From the IMG/VR virus record IMGVR_UViG_3300021400_000686, positions 1-64,000 of that record: a stretch of DNA of 64,000 nt. One strand, given 5' to 3'. The translations under genes and the position numbers were made by a program. This DNA is from a virus. Its lineage: Duplodnaviria; Caudoviricetes. Every line of letters starts with the position of its first letter. Position 1 is the first letter of the stretch. The notes beneath the pieces are model-generated. The model had not been told where the DNA came from. It made no database searches and saw only the letters and a list, made by a program, of their open reading frames with translations. Shown piece by piece: positions 36,620-46,446 of this stretch.

Positions 36620-38695
36620 TTAATACTTCGTTGCATTTAATAGCTCGTCGGCATTGTAATCTTCCCATTGCCCGAGCTTCTTATTATAGAACCTAACCCT
36701 GATCCCGTTATCCTTGATCGCTTTTTTAGCTTTATCGTCCCACGACTTGAAAGCACTCTCCATCTCCGAACGGCTCTTGAAACGAATCTGTTCGATGTCC
36801 TTCGCTAAAACGCCCCCGTGATATTGGCACTCGCAATAATTGAGCGGCGAGTTGTATAGCTCACCAAGCGACTTGACTTGCCCTTTTGCTATCTTTCTGG
36901 CGTTATTAGGACTGTACGACGCTCCCTCGATAGAGCATGTCGTGTCTACAATGCCCGCCGCGTACGTCTGATGCCCCGAGTCCGAGCACCCCATTAAGCT
37001 ATCGTCTAAAGTATAAGTCGTGCGGTCTTTTACGTTGTCTTTCTTGAAAACGATTGTGCATCTGTTTCCATCGCCCTTTTCGCCGTACCACGGGCCACCA
37101 CTTCCAAGCGTGTTCTCGAAATCGTCTTTGTCGGCCATGTAGCCGTACTTTTCTCTCTCCTCTTTCCCCGTGCCTACTGGCGTTCCGAAGATGTTCTTAG
37201 ACAAATCCCTACGAGCATCCAAGTCGGAAGAACCGTCTGTCGTGCCAGTCTCAAATTGGTTCTTTAGATGTCCATTCAATACATCGTCAATATTGGCGGA
37301 ATTGATATTCAAACAAAGGTCGGCATTGTCGAACATCTTCTGCATGTTCGTCTGTAGGTTCACCAACCCTTCTGTATCCAGTCCCCAAAGAGTATTTTTG
37401 TTCTCGCCGTTATAGTCGCCGTCTTCTCCGTATGCCCTGTTTTCCATATACTCAGAAGCACACTTGCTCCACCCGTCTAAGGTCTTAATTCCTTGCGCAA
37501 CCTTCGGAGCATCAACAAGACTCGCATAATCGCTTATTACAGGCTTTTTGTAATTCAGTTCAATGCTCTCAGACTCAATAGGCTTATCCCATTTCTTCTG
37601 ATATTTGGATTCGCCCCTTCTTTCAAGCTCGCTCTCGATAGCCTCAGTCCTTTTTGTTACATCTGGGTAAATCTTTGAAATCGCTTTCTCAAGAGCAGAC
37701 CCGTAAGTTGAGTCTGTAGCCGCCTTCGTGTAGGCGTCTCTAACAGCTTTGAGCTCTTTTTTCATCGCCGACTCAGACATCGACTCTGGATCATCCGATC
37801 CTAACCCAATATCCTTTTCGAGTTTCGACTTAAATATATTGACAATCGACTCGGCTCTCGCGTCTAATGCGTCTACTGCTTCCGCCTCTTTATCGATGTC
37901 GTCGAGCGTCATCACCGCGCGATCCATATCCTTGATCTTTTTGTATTCCTTCTCAAGCTTTTCATCGTCCATGTTATCCACGGGCTCAAGCTTGCACCCA
38001 CCCTCGACAAATTTCTCGGCCCACTTTTTACGTGCGTCAATAAGTTTTGCTCTGTACTCTTTAGACTTTTCGTTTGATCCACCAAATCTTGAATATGCCC
38101 ACGCATCATATGCCTTTGCCTTATCAATATCCGCAAGCATTTTATCAAGCTCGGTGGTTGGCTTCGGGTCGAATCGGTGCGTGTAAGCGTAGTCGACGTC
38201 AAGACGTTCTTTGGCCAGTTCGTCGCCACGATCCAACAGCTTCTCTATCCCCTCCCGATGTGGATTGCTTGACAAATCACCAAATCTCCTCATAGATGAA
38301 GCGTCCGACATACTGATACCGTATTTCGAAAGCATTTCATCGTCGATTTTTCTGATATCGTCAAGAATTCTGTCGGTCTCCGCTGTCATCTCCGACTCGG
38401 TCATCCCGGACAGATTCTTTACCTTTGGCCCCTCCGCCTTTTTCTTCGTCTTAGTCGGCATAACTTCATCGTGGCTTTCCCCCGTTTCGTTATAATATGC
38501 CGACCACGCCTCTCTTGGCGTCATTCCAGTGGTGTCTATACCCATATCTTTGCATAGGCCGTAAGGTAAGCGGGTACTGAATGCCGAATACTTCTTTCCG
38601 CCCTTGTCTTTGTTTTGGTTGTCATCCGCATCATCCGCGTCCATCCGTATTGTCCAACGACGCCGAATGTCCTCAAGTTTGGTAAGTATATTCAT
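36620..38695 (-). CDS. Leader-bearing cargo candidate with a DUF3626-like (ART-related) C-terminal domain
   Basis: IRRRWTIRMDAD leader, LPYG module; KNQFETGT..KYGY..RTTYT..DS..ECQYHG..DIEQI. Confidence 0.65.
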   Translation of the reverse strand: MNILTKLEDIRRRWTIRMDADDADDNQNKDKGGKKYSAFSTRLPYGLCKDMGIDTTGMTPREAWSAYYNETGESHDEVMPTKTKKKAEGPKVKNLSGMTESEMTAETDRILDDIRKIDDEMLSKYGISMSDASSMRRFGDLSSNPHREGIEKLLDRGDELAKERLDVDYAYTHRFDPKPTTELDKMLADIDKAKAYDAWAYSRFGGSNEKSKEYRAKLIDARKKWAEKFVEGGCKLEPVDNMDDEKLEKEYKKIKDMDRAVMTLDDIDKEAEAVDALDARAESIVNIFKSKLEKDIGLGSDDPESMSESAMKKELKAVRDAYTKAATDSTYGSALEKAISKIYPDVTKRTEAIESELERRGESKYQKKWDKPIESESIELNYKKPVISDYASLVDAPKVAQGIKTLDGWSKCASEYMENRAYGEDGDYNGENKNTLWGLDTEGLVNLQTNMQKMFDNADLCLNINSANIDDVLNGHLKNQFETGTTDGSSDLDARRDLSKNIFGTPVGTGKEEREKYGYMADKDDFENTLGSGGPWYGEKGDGNRCTIVFKKDNVKDRTTYTLDDSLMGCSDSGHQTYAAGIVDTTCSIEGASYSPNNARKIAKGQVKSLGELYNSPLNYCECQYHGGVLAKDIEQIRFKSRSEMESAFKSWDDKAKKAIKDNGIRVRFYNKKLGQWEDYNADELLNATKY

Positions 38696-38733
38696 CGTTC
38701 AACCCCAATAAAAAACGGTGCATCTCTGCACCG

Positions 38734-39072
38734 TTAGCCTAAATATATTCCTTTTTGCTGTTCTTTCGACATCGCAATCAGCTTCCGCTGTTGTCGCCTT
38801 ATGTCCCCAATGTCTACGTTTTCACGTGCCTCTAAAAGGTCGTAGATTTCCTCCTCGTTCGGATTGTCGGCCTCAACAATCTTTACCGCTTTTTCTACTG
38901 CCCCCTGATCCAGTTGATCCGAGGAATAAATTGGTTCGTATTTCGCAAGGAATAACCACATCCACCGATAGGTTACAAGTTCTCTCCGTGTGTCTACAAT
39001 GGCGTATAACCCGTCCTCAACCTCACAAATCACGGTATCGCCTGAGCCACCTACAACTGATCGTATCTTCAT
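38734..39072 (-). CDS. Small hypothetical protein (candidate antidote)
   Basis: RBS; followed by a terminator at 38710-38735. Confidence 0.55.
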   Translation of the reverse strand: MKIRSVVGGSGDTVICEVEDGLYAIVDTRRELVTYRWMWLFLAKYEPIYSSDQLDQGAVEKAVKIVEADNPNEEEIYDLLEARENVDIGDIRRQQRKLIAMSKEQQKGIYLG

Positions 39073-39081
39073 GCCTTGCCC

Positions 39082-39312
39082 TCACCAAAAAATCTTTTCA
39101 TCAGCCGTATCCTTCGGCATGTCATCTAAAACATCGTAAAAGTTCGGAATGTCGTCTGGAGCATCGCCGTCAATAAGCCTTTGGCAAACTTCAATCTTCT
39201 CGTCAAGCATCTTCCCGTTTTCGTCGTTCATGAACCGCTCAACAAGCTCGTTCCCTGTTTGCCATATAAGCTCGAACAGCTTTGTCTCTTTTTCCATTCG
39301 CTTAATGTCCAT
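39082..39312 (-). CDS. Small acidic hypothetical protein (candidate antidote)
   Basis: Abuts the stop of the zincin gene. Confidence 0.55.
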   Translation of the reverse strand: MDIKRMEKETKLFELIWQTGNELVERFMNDENGKMLDEKIEVCQRLIDGDAPDDIPNFYDVLDDMPKDTADEKIFW

Positions 39313-39313
39313 A

Positions 39314-40561
39314 TTACGCCCCCGTAACCCGTTTCATCATGTTTCTAACATGCTCTTCTAACCTTTTGCTCGTCTCCGGGAAATCCTTCTTAAAGTATTC
39401 AAGCAACTCGGGCTTGAATACGGACAGCGAACAGTAATTCGCAAACAGCTCGTGCGCCCTACTTTCACGATCCGCGTAATAACCTTTCCCGTGCCCAGCG
39501 TAAATATACCCGTCGCTCATCAACCTTCCGCCAGACATCGCGTCGTACATATCCATAAGGTTATCAAAGCCGTCAAGCTCTTTGTTCGAGACACTTTGAA
39601 TTCGTTTTTTTCCTTCTCTCTTGATCCGTCTGTACTCTTTAGAATACTCGTCATAAGATGAAAACGAACCGCCTTCGAGAAACTTGGTGTTACACGCGCT
39701 TAATTCCCCCGACACCTTTACAGTCTCGGCTCTTCTCGCGCTAACAGCCCTTTTTGAAGCGCCCGAAATTGCCTCCCACGACTCTTTTGATATGTTATCC
39801 TTTCCGTCTATCCTCTCATTGAAAATAGCGTCCATCAGCCCTTTGTTCTTTGACGTTGACATATACCCACTGACGGTACCATCGCCACACATTGCATCCA
39901 TATAGTGACCAAGCTCGTGAGCCACGGTTCTCGCAGAATCGTCATCTATAACTTTCGGTATCTTTACAGCGCAATTTGTAAGCTCACCTGTACTTTTTCT
40001 AACGCTGACCTCCAGTTGGCCTTTGCCGTACGGAACAGTTTTTCTTGTTGCGTTCTTAATAGCGTCGGACACGCACTTATCATTTAACGAGCCCATCGCT
40101 CTATATAACTCTCCGACCTCAGAGTCGCTTCCTTTAGCGGAGTTAATCTTTTCGCAGAAAGCAGACGTTTCTTTCTTACTCGCTGACGTCCCCCTCATCC
40201 ACGTTGGGAAGTTATCAGTCGTTATTTTTGGCAAGCTCTTTTTTTCGTGTACACTATTAGCCTTCGAAACGTCAACCTTCTTGTCTGGAGCATTGACTTT
40301 TTCGTTCATCGCCACTTTTGGCGAGATTCCTTTCCCTTCGATCTTCTCCCAAACCTCACGTGGGGCTAATCCCTCGGTATTGATCCCTAAGTCTTTGGCA
40401 ATACCGTACGGAAGCCTTACACCGAGCGCCGTTGATTTTTTCTGTTTCCTGTTCTGATTCCTGTTTTGATTTTGGCTTTCGTTCTCGCCTTCCTCTTCAG
40501 CGTCCAATCTGAACAGGAGCTTTTTTCTTATGGCCTCGACGGCATTAAGCATTTTGTTCAT
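39314..40561 (-). CDS. Leader-bearing zincin-like metallopeptidase
   Basis: IRKKLLFRLDAE leader, LPYG module; AHELGHYMD and HELFANY. Confidence 0.7.
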   Translation of the reverse strand: MNKMLNAVEAIRKKLLFRLDAEEEGENESQNQNRNQNRKQKKSTALGVRLPYGIAKDLGINTEGLAPREVWEKIEGKGISPKVAMNEKVNAPDKKVDVSKANSVHEKKSLPKITTDNFPTWMRGTSASKKETSAFCEKINSAKGSDSEVGELYRAMGSLNDKCVSDAIKNATRKTVPYGKGQLEVSVRKSTGELTNCAVKIPKVIDDDSARTVAHELGHYMDAMCGDGTVSGYMSTSKNKGLMDAIFNERIDGKDNISKESWEAISGASKRAVSARRAETVKVSGELSACNTKFLEGGSFSSYDEYSKEYRRIKREGKKRIQSVSNKELDGFDNLMDMYDAMSGGRLMSDGYIYAGHGKGYYADRESRAHELFANYCSLSVFKPELLEYFKKDFPETSKRLEEHVRNMMKRVTGA

Positions 40562-40601
40562 GCGCCGCACCTCCATTTAGTGTACGGCGCATGTGTCGCC
40601 G

Positions 40602-41405
40602 TTATCTCAATTTTTCGAACTCTTCCACAACTTCCAATAAGTCATCGGGCAGATACCATCTCAGCTTGTCCTTGATATTGTCTGGTACACCGAAATACGC
40701 TTCCGCAATCGCACCCGCAATCGCACCCAATGTGTCGCTGTCCCCTCCGATTGAAACACAGTTACGAATTACATCTTCGTAGCTCGTTCCTTCGTAAAAG
40801 CACTGCAACGCTTCAGGCATCGAAACCATACAAGTTTCATCGCCGTGCCCATTGATAATGTTGCGATACCATCCTACGCTTCCATGTGGGACGTAGTATT
40901 TATCCATCTCGGCCTTGATAGCATCTTTGCTTGATCCGTTCAGCGCCATGTATACCGCAACCGCCGTCGCCTCAGCGCCTTTAATGCCTTCAGGATGATT
41001 ATGAGTTACTTCAGTCACCTTGCGAGATAGCTCTTTAACCTCGTCAAGATTTTTTGCGAAATACGCTACAGGACTTACTCTCATAGCCGATCCGTTGCCG
41101 AAACTGTTGTAAGGCATCGGATTGTTTGAGAACATCCACTGGAAAAACATTCCGCCGTACCCACAGTTTGGATGCTTGCGCCCAATTCTGTGCATAGTCT
41201 CGATGGTTTTCCTTGATAGATCGCTGTAATCTCCATGGCAATCCATCAGCGCCTTTGCTACGGCGCACGTCATCACCGTGTCGTCCGTGTACTCGCATTC
41301 CGCCGCAAACAGTTCAAACTTCTTTGTTTTGGTGTTATTGAATTCCCACCGAGAACCAATAATATCGCCTAAAATAGCCCCTACCATTAACATCACCCCT
41401 TTCAT
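40602..41405 (-). CDS. ADP-ribosylglycohydrolase (DraG/ARH family)
   Basis: GAILGDIIGS, YTDDT, SFGNGSAMRVSP, GGDSDTLGAIAG. Confidence 0.9.
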   Translation of the reverse strand: MKGVMLMVGAILGDIIGSRWEFNNTKTKKFELFAAECEYTDDTVMTCAVAKALMDCHGDYSDLSRKTIETMHRIGRKHPNCGYGGMFFQWMFSNNPMPYNSFGNGSAMRVSPVAYFAKNLDEVKELSRKVTEVTHNHPEGIKGAEATAVAVYMALNGSSKDAIKAEMDKYYVPHGSVGWYRNIINGHGDETCMVSMPEALQCFYEGTSYEDVIRNCVSIGGDSDTLGAIAGAIAEAYFGVPDNIKDKLRWYLPDDLLEVVEEFEKLR

Positions 41406-41421
41406 ATCATCTTACAGCGAT

Positions 41422-41450
41422 ATTTTATCACATATTGGATAATATGTCAA
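41422..41450 (-). promoter_or_regulatory. Sigma70 promoter for the ARH gene containing the ACATATTG palindrome
   Basis: TTGACA-17-TAAAAT; ACATATTGGATAATATGT at 41430-41447. Confidence 0.8.
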
Positions 41451-41465
41451 TAGTAGGGAGTTATT

Positions 41466-41687
41466 TTATTCTTCCTCGTAATAATCGCACTCTTCTTCGC
41501 CACGAACGACCATCTCGGGCTTGTGCTCTGGATAAGGATACATTTGGCAACTCGCTTTTCTGTAGTCGTTCGACCAAATGTCTCCGTTGTCCCTCAGCAC
41601 ACACGTTTTGCACTGTTCGCAAATAACCAATTTGCCGTTATCAGTAGCGCTGTCATCTTCATACCATCTTTTCGATTTCTCTGCCAT
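41466..41687 (-). CDS. Small Cys-rich protein, candidate ART immunity
   Basis: CEQCKTC..C..C; own promoter TTGCAA-17-TATAAT at 41714-41742. Confidence 0.6.
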   Translation of the reverse strand: MAEKSKRWYEDDSATDNGKLVICEQCKTCVLRDNGDIWSNDYRKASCQMYPYPEHKPEMVVRGEEECDYYEEE

Positions 41688-41742
41688 GCGAACCTCCTTT
41701 CGGCATTTTGATCATTATATCATAGCGAACGGTTCTTTGCAA

Positions 41743-44700
41743 TCACTTTACGGGATACTGCCCAATTACCTCAAGATCGATGTACACGGTGCCGTAATCA
41801 GACTTTGCTTTTGTCACGCGAAAACGCGTCCCTTGCTGAAGCAAAACTTCAAGCTCGTAACCCGCGGTCGAATGATGATAATCGCCATCCCATAGATAAT
41901 TTTCAGACCAATGCTTAGAAAAATCGGCATCGCCAAATTCAGAGAATGGTTCCATGTACAACGCCTTTGTTCCTCTTGGAACATAGATGTTATAGATCAC
42001 TTTCTTTTGCATTCCCGTGCCCTTGGCGGCACCCGTGCTTGAGAAGCCGTATTCGATCGGCTCACGACCAACAAGCTGTTGTAAGTCTTCCGTACTACCA
42101 GTCCTCAGAAGTTCTTTATCACATCCAAGGAAGGCAGACGCTCCTCCAAAGCCAACGCCTCGCTGAACCCACATATCAAAGTCGTACGAGCTTCTTTCAA
42201 TCATTTCTGTTAAGTCGCGTACTTTCTTTGGTAGAGGCCCTGAAGATTTTCCGTAGCCAATATCCCGAAGCGGATCATTGTATGAGTCATAGCTACCCGT
42301 CGTGTAGTTGTACGCCGCTTTCTTTTGTGCAATGCTCGACTCTTTCCAAACGGAACTGCATTTGTCAAACAAAGCGTTATCTGCATCTTTCGGCTCTTGC
42401 GCCCACATCGCATTGTCTTTTCGCTTTTGTGTATAAGCGCTTGCTTCAAAGGCGTTTTGCAAAGGCCCACCATTCAACGCCGTGATTTTGCTGTTGTTTT
42501 CGTTTATCTTAGCGTTGATATCGGCCAACTCATTCTCGATACGTTTCTTCTCTTCGAAGCCCTTTTTGAGCTTTTGCATATTGTTTAGCTTTGCCTCGAT
42601 AACGCTACGCGCATTATCGTCCGACGCGTTCTTCGCCGTTTCAAGAGCCTGTTGCAATTGGCCCTCAAGAAAACTTATACTATCATCGTCGAAACTTCCT
42701 AACGGTATCTCGAGGTCTTCCGTTGGGTGGACTTTGTACATCTTCCCTTTCGCCACGTCGATCTTTTGCTTTAACTTGTTAGCGTCTTTGGAAAGCTTTT
42801 TGTTTTCTGCATTCAGCTCTTTTATTTTCGCGTTATTCTCTTTTTTCTTGACCGCCTCGGCCATCCCGTCGACGTCGGCTTGTAGTTCCTTGATCTTATC
42901 GCGTTGCTTCATCACGGCGTCTTTCCACGATAAGGAGCGCTTCATATTATCTCTTGACGTCCAGTTCGGCTCGCCTTTATCATTGAACGCGTACCCGTAC
43001 TTCTCCGAAAGCTCTTTTTGATTTTGCGCTATCGCGCTATCCACTTCCTTAAGTGCGTCGTTTATAGCGTCTCGCTCCGAAGAAGGCAAAAGCCCAACTT
43101 CGTACGCCTTATCTGGAGTCATTCCGTTAAGTTTGAACCCATCTAACTTCTTCTGCTTTTCCTCAAGCAAGTCGTATAGGTCTGTCACTTTTTGCGCCCT
43201 GTCGAAGAAATCATCTACCGTCTTGACCTTATCACCAGCGCCACCTTTTTCTATGAATTTTTCAAAATCTTCATATGTCGGTATCGCCGTGCCGTTTGCG
43301 TCTGTAAGCTGTTGCTTTTTCAGCGCGTCAATTTCGGCTTGCGCACTATTGATCTTCTTTTGAAGTTGCTTGATTGTACCTTTGTATTCCTTTTTGGGCG
43401 GTTCTTTGGATGCTTTTAACGTCTCCGCGTCCGCAACGATCAGCTCTTTGTTGTTTATAATATTCTTGATCTTCTCTTTGTCTATCGTGTTGCCTGTTTC
43501 GTCTTGAACGGAACCGTTATAATTGACAGCGTATCCATACCCATTTTCTTCAATCACGTCTGCCGCTTCCATCATCTTTTTGAACACGGGATTGTAGTCT
43601 TCCTTGTCCTCGTCGGAAAGCTCCCAAGCGCCACCTACTCCATGGTCGGACAGAAACTTTTCCTCCGCTTCACAAGCGTTCAAAAAGTTGTTGTATGCTT
43701 CATACTTATCAAGAACCTCTTTGAAATTCTCGCTCTTAATTTCCTCGTCGCTGAACCCAAACGACTTAAGGTTTGCCTCCGCCTCTTCCTTGTTTTTCCC
43801 CTTAACATGAGGAATGCTCGGTGCCGTCTGTTCAGTCCCAACCGTGTCGCCTAAACCAGAAAGTTTTTTCTTGTTCTCGGCCTTCTGATCCTTTGCTCCC
43901 TTTAGTAGGTCGCCGTAATATCCTACCATGTCCTTCTTTTGAAGGATGTCTTGAACCTTGTCCTTGTCATATCCGTGAACGGTGCCATTGCTTGGTGCAT
44001 AATCATAAATCCCAAATTCATGAAGCTTGCTACCCGCTTTACTCACGTCCTCGTACATGTCGTAAAACTCAAGTTGCTTTTCTTTTGATAACTTCGAAAA
44101 CCAACTTGCGTCATTCGGATCAATGTTGTTTTCTTCTTTCCAATCTTCTGCGTCCTGATATGCATCGTAGAAATTACCAAGAGCCTCGTACTTCTTGATC
44201 ACATTGTCAAAGTCATCCGAATTGATCTCCTCATCGGTGAAGCCAAAATCTTTAAGCGTACTCGTAAAAGTGTCTATATCCGCATCGTTGTCATTTATGG
44301 CCTTCTGCAATTCCTCAACGGCTTGCGTCGAATCGACGGGCGCTTCACCATAAGGAATATCGTCTGGATCATTCGATTGCTCTGGAGTATTCCCACCAAC
44401 ATTCTCCGTACCAAGCGCCTTCTGATTGTCAATCGACTTCTGAACAGCTTCCTTCTCTTCCGCCGTGAAATACTCGCCTGTAAGCGGGTTCACGAACCCA
44501 TCACCGCTTTTTTGGAATCCGCCCTCGCCCTCGAACTCATCTATGCTACCGCCAAGCGCGTACTCTAAATCGCCCTTACTAAGACTCGAAATGTCGGTGT
44601 CGCTCGGCTCTTCGCCCAACCCAAGCGGATCGTCCATTGGCTCGATCTCCAAGTCCTTCGGAATTTCGGATTCTGGCTCTTGATAATCGTACCCCTTGAA

Positions 44701-45510
44701 ATATTTGTTTATTTCATTCCGTTGCTCGTAAAGGTCGTCAAGTTGCTCCATTTCCTCGTCGGTAAACAATTCGCCCGATTCATCGAATATCTTTTGAATA
44801 GCATTGTTTACGTTCTCAAGTTCTGAAGCAAGCTCCGTTTGGCTCATGTCGGAATAGTTGGGTTTGTCCTCTATCCCGAGTTTGTCCATCAGCTCTTTTT
44901 CTTTTTTACCTAATTCGTAATAGTCTTCCCAGTCGGTCTCGATCTTGTTGTTGTCGTAGTCGGACAACTTTTCCTGTACCTTCTTCAGTTCCGCCTCAAG
45001 TGCCTCTTTAGTTTCTACACCCTCGCTCTCGTTTTGCTTGAGATTATCAAGGGCGGATGTAATCTTGTACTGTTCCTCTTGGAGTTCCCTTGCCTCTTTA
45101 ATATAATTGTCCGACTTTTCTTTGTCGTAGGCATGTGACCACGCGTTGTCCATTGCCTCATCTACTTTTTTCTTTATTTCTTCGAGCTTGTCGTTTAGCT
45201 CGCTCTCCGTCATGCCAGAATAGGCATCGCCTTCTGGGTTTTCAGCGTCTATTACATCGCCCTCGCCCTTCTTTTGCTTCTCAGCATACATTTCATCAGC
45301 GGTTTTGCCCGTTTCGTTCTCGTATGCCTCCCAAGCCTCAGATGGCGTCATTCCCGTTGTATCGATCCCAAGGTCTTTGCAAAGGCCGTAAGGCAAACGC
45401 GTGCCCCATCCAGTAGCCTTCTTCGGTTCCTCGTGTTCTTCCCCTTCTTCGTCGGCGTCCATGCGAGCGCAATATTTAAGTCTAATTGTGTAGAGTATAT
45501 TGTCTCTCAT
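41743..45510 (-). CDS. Large leader-bearing protein with a C-terminal VIP2/Alt-type ADP-ribosyltransferase
   Basis: IRLKYCARMDAD leader, LPYG module; WVQRG..GFSSTG..ELEVLLQQGTRF (R-S-ExE). Confidence 0.85.
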   Translation of the reverse strand: MRDNILYTIRLKYCARMDADEEGEEHEEPKKATGWGTRLPYGLCKDLGIDTTGMTPSEAWEAYENETGKTADEMYAEKQKKGEGDVIDAENPEGDAYSGMTESELNDKLEEIKKKVDEAMDNAWSHAYDKEKSDNYIKEARELQEEQYKITSALDNLKQNESEGVETKEALEAELKKVQEKLSDYDNNKIETDWEDYYELGKKEKELMDKLGIEDKPNYSDMSQTELASELENVNNAIQKIFDESGELFTDEEMEQLDDLYEQRNEINKYFKGYDYQEPESEIPKDLEIEPMDDPLGLGEEPSDTDISSLSKGDLEYALGGSIDEFEGEGGFQKSGDGFVNPLTGEYFTAEEKEAVQKSIDNQKALGTENVGGNTPEQSNDPDDIPYGEAPVDSTQAVEELQKAINDNDADIDTFTSTLKDFGFTDEEINSDDFDNVIKKYEALGNFYDAYQDAEDWKEENNIDPNDASWFSKLSKEKQLEFYDMYEDVSKAGSKLHEFGIYDYAPSNGTVHGYDKDKVQDILQKKDMVGYYGDLLKGAKDQKAENKKKLSGLGDTVGTEQTAPSIPHVKGKNKEEAEANLKSFGFSDEEIKSENFKEVLDKYEAYNNFLNACEAEEKFLSDHGVGGAWELSDEDKEDYNPVFKKMMEAADVIEENGYGYAVNYNGSVQDETGNTIDKEKIKNIINNKELIVADAETLKASKEPPKKEYKGTIKQLQKKINSAQAEIDALKKQQLTDANGTAIPTYEDFEKFIEKGGAGDKVKTVDDFFDRAQKVTDLYDLLEEKQKKLDGFKLNGMTPDKAYEVGLLPSSERDAINDALKEVDSAIAQNQKELSEKYGYAFNDKGEPNWTSRDNMKRSLSWKDAVMKQRDKIKELQADVDGMAEAVKKKENNAKIKELNAENKKLSKDANKLKQKIDVAKGKMYKVHPTEDLEIPLGSFDDDSISFLEGQLQQALETAKNASDDNARSVIEAKLNNMQKLKKGFEEKKRIENELADINAKINENNSKITALNGGPLQNAFEASAYTQKRKDNAMWAQEPKDADNALFDKCSSVWKESSIAQKKAAYNYTTGSYDSYNDPLRDIGYGKSSGPLPKKVRDLTEMIERSSYDFDMWVQRGVGFGGASAFLGCDKELLRTGSTEDLQQLVGREPIEYGFSSTGAAKGTGMQKKVIYNIYVPRGTKALYMEPFSEFGDADFSKHWSENYLWDGDYHHSTAGYELEVLLQQGTRFRVTKAKSDYGTVYIDLEVIGQYPVK

Positions 45511-45521
45511 GGCTTATCCCC

Positions 45522-46055
45522 TTACCTATCTTTTGGCCGTCTCTTCAACTCGCTATTGAAAATAGCCTTTCTCTCGATTGAAAGCGCAAGATTTTCACCG
45601 TCCCGATCTGGGTTTTTCTTGAACGCTTTAATTTTCTTCTCGCAGTCATCAATCTGCTTTTTTATCGTATCCACATCCGCCTTTGACGCTTCCTTCGTCC
45701 ATGCCTCGCGCATCTTCACCAAGCGTTTTCTAAACTTCTCGGCTTCTGCATCTTCCTTGCGTCTCTTTGCAGATGTATACTCTTGCGCATACATTCTATG
45801 AAGTTCGTCCTCGTCGATGTCCTTGATTTTGACATCACTGCCTACGCCCTTCTTTTCCTTCTGCTTGTAGAACTCCGTTGGTGACTCTTTCGTCGCTTTT
45901 TGTACGCGATCCCAAACTTCTCTCGGTGTCAGTCCCTCAGTATCTATGCCTAAATCTTTCGCGATGCCGTAAGGAAGGCTCACGTTCCACCCATCAAGGC
46001 GCTTTTTCTGTTTATATCTAATCGTGTTTGTTGTTTTGTTGATATTCATACTCAC
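45522..46055 (-). CDS. Short leader-bearing protein (leader + LPYG module + coiled coil)
   Basis: IRYKQKKRLDG..LPYGIAKDLGIDTEGLTPREVW. Confidence 0.7.
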   Translation of the reverse strand: MSMNINKTTNTIRYKQKKRLDGWNVSLPYGIAKDLGIDTEGLTPREVWDRVQKATKESPTEFYKQKEKKGVGSDVKIKDIDEDELHRMYAQEYTSAKRRKEDAEAEKFRKRLVKMREAWTKEASKADVDTIKKQIDDCEKKIKAFKKNPDRDGENLALSIERKAIFNSELKRRPKDR

Positions 46056-46083
46056 CTCGATGCATATTGCGTTTTTTCACGAA

Positions 46084-46156
46084 AGCCACCGACAGGATTT
46101 GAACCCGCAACCTACTGATTACAAATCAGTTGCTCTGCCAATTGAGCTAAGATGGC
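46084..46156 (-). tRNA. tRNA-Thr(TGT)
   Basis: Full cloverleaf; anticodon arm ACTGA-TTTGTAA-TCAGT. Confidence 0.9.
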
Positions 46157-46251
46157 TAAATCCACTCTATTGTCAGCGCCGAGTGACTAAGCGCCGTGCT
46201 TTCCCACATTTCTTTCGTCAGGGCCGTGTGCCTGTTACGGCCCCACCGAAT

Positions 46252-46311
46252 ACGACAAGTCGGGGCTTGCACCCGTTAAATCCCTTCGCCTTCGGCTTGA
46301 CGGTCTTGCCG
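46252..46311 (-). ncRNA. tRNA-like acceptor/T-arm minihelix with a non-tRNA middle
   Basis: CGGCAAG/CTTGTCG stem; CGGG-TGCAAGC-CCCG T-like arm. Confidence 0.4.
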
Positions 46312-46446
46312 ATAAAAATACGTGCCCTGTTCCGCATTGTTAAGAGGCTTGGCGCGTTCCGTTCGTATGCGCTCTATTTGTATTCCGCCGAGCGCTTAAG
46401 CGGTGATCTAAGAAGGAACCGTGGAAGAAGTCAATTATACACAACA

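Noticed and set aside
46185-46245. Hammerhead ribozyme (CTGACGA...GAAA)
   Set aside because: Core-like words are present, but I could not build stems II and III or a cleavage triplet.
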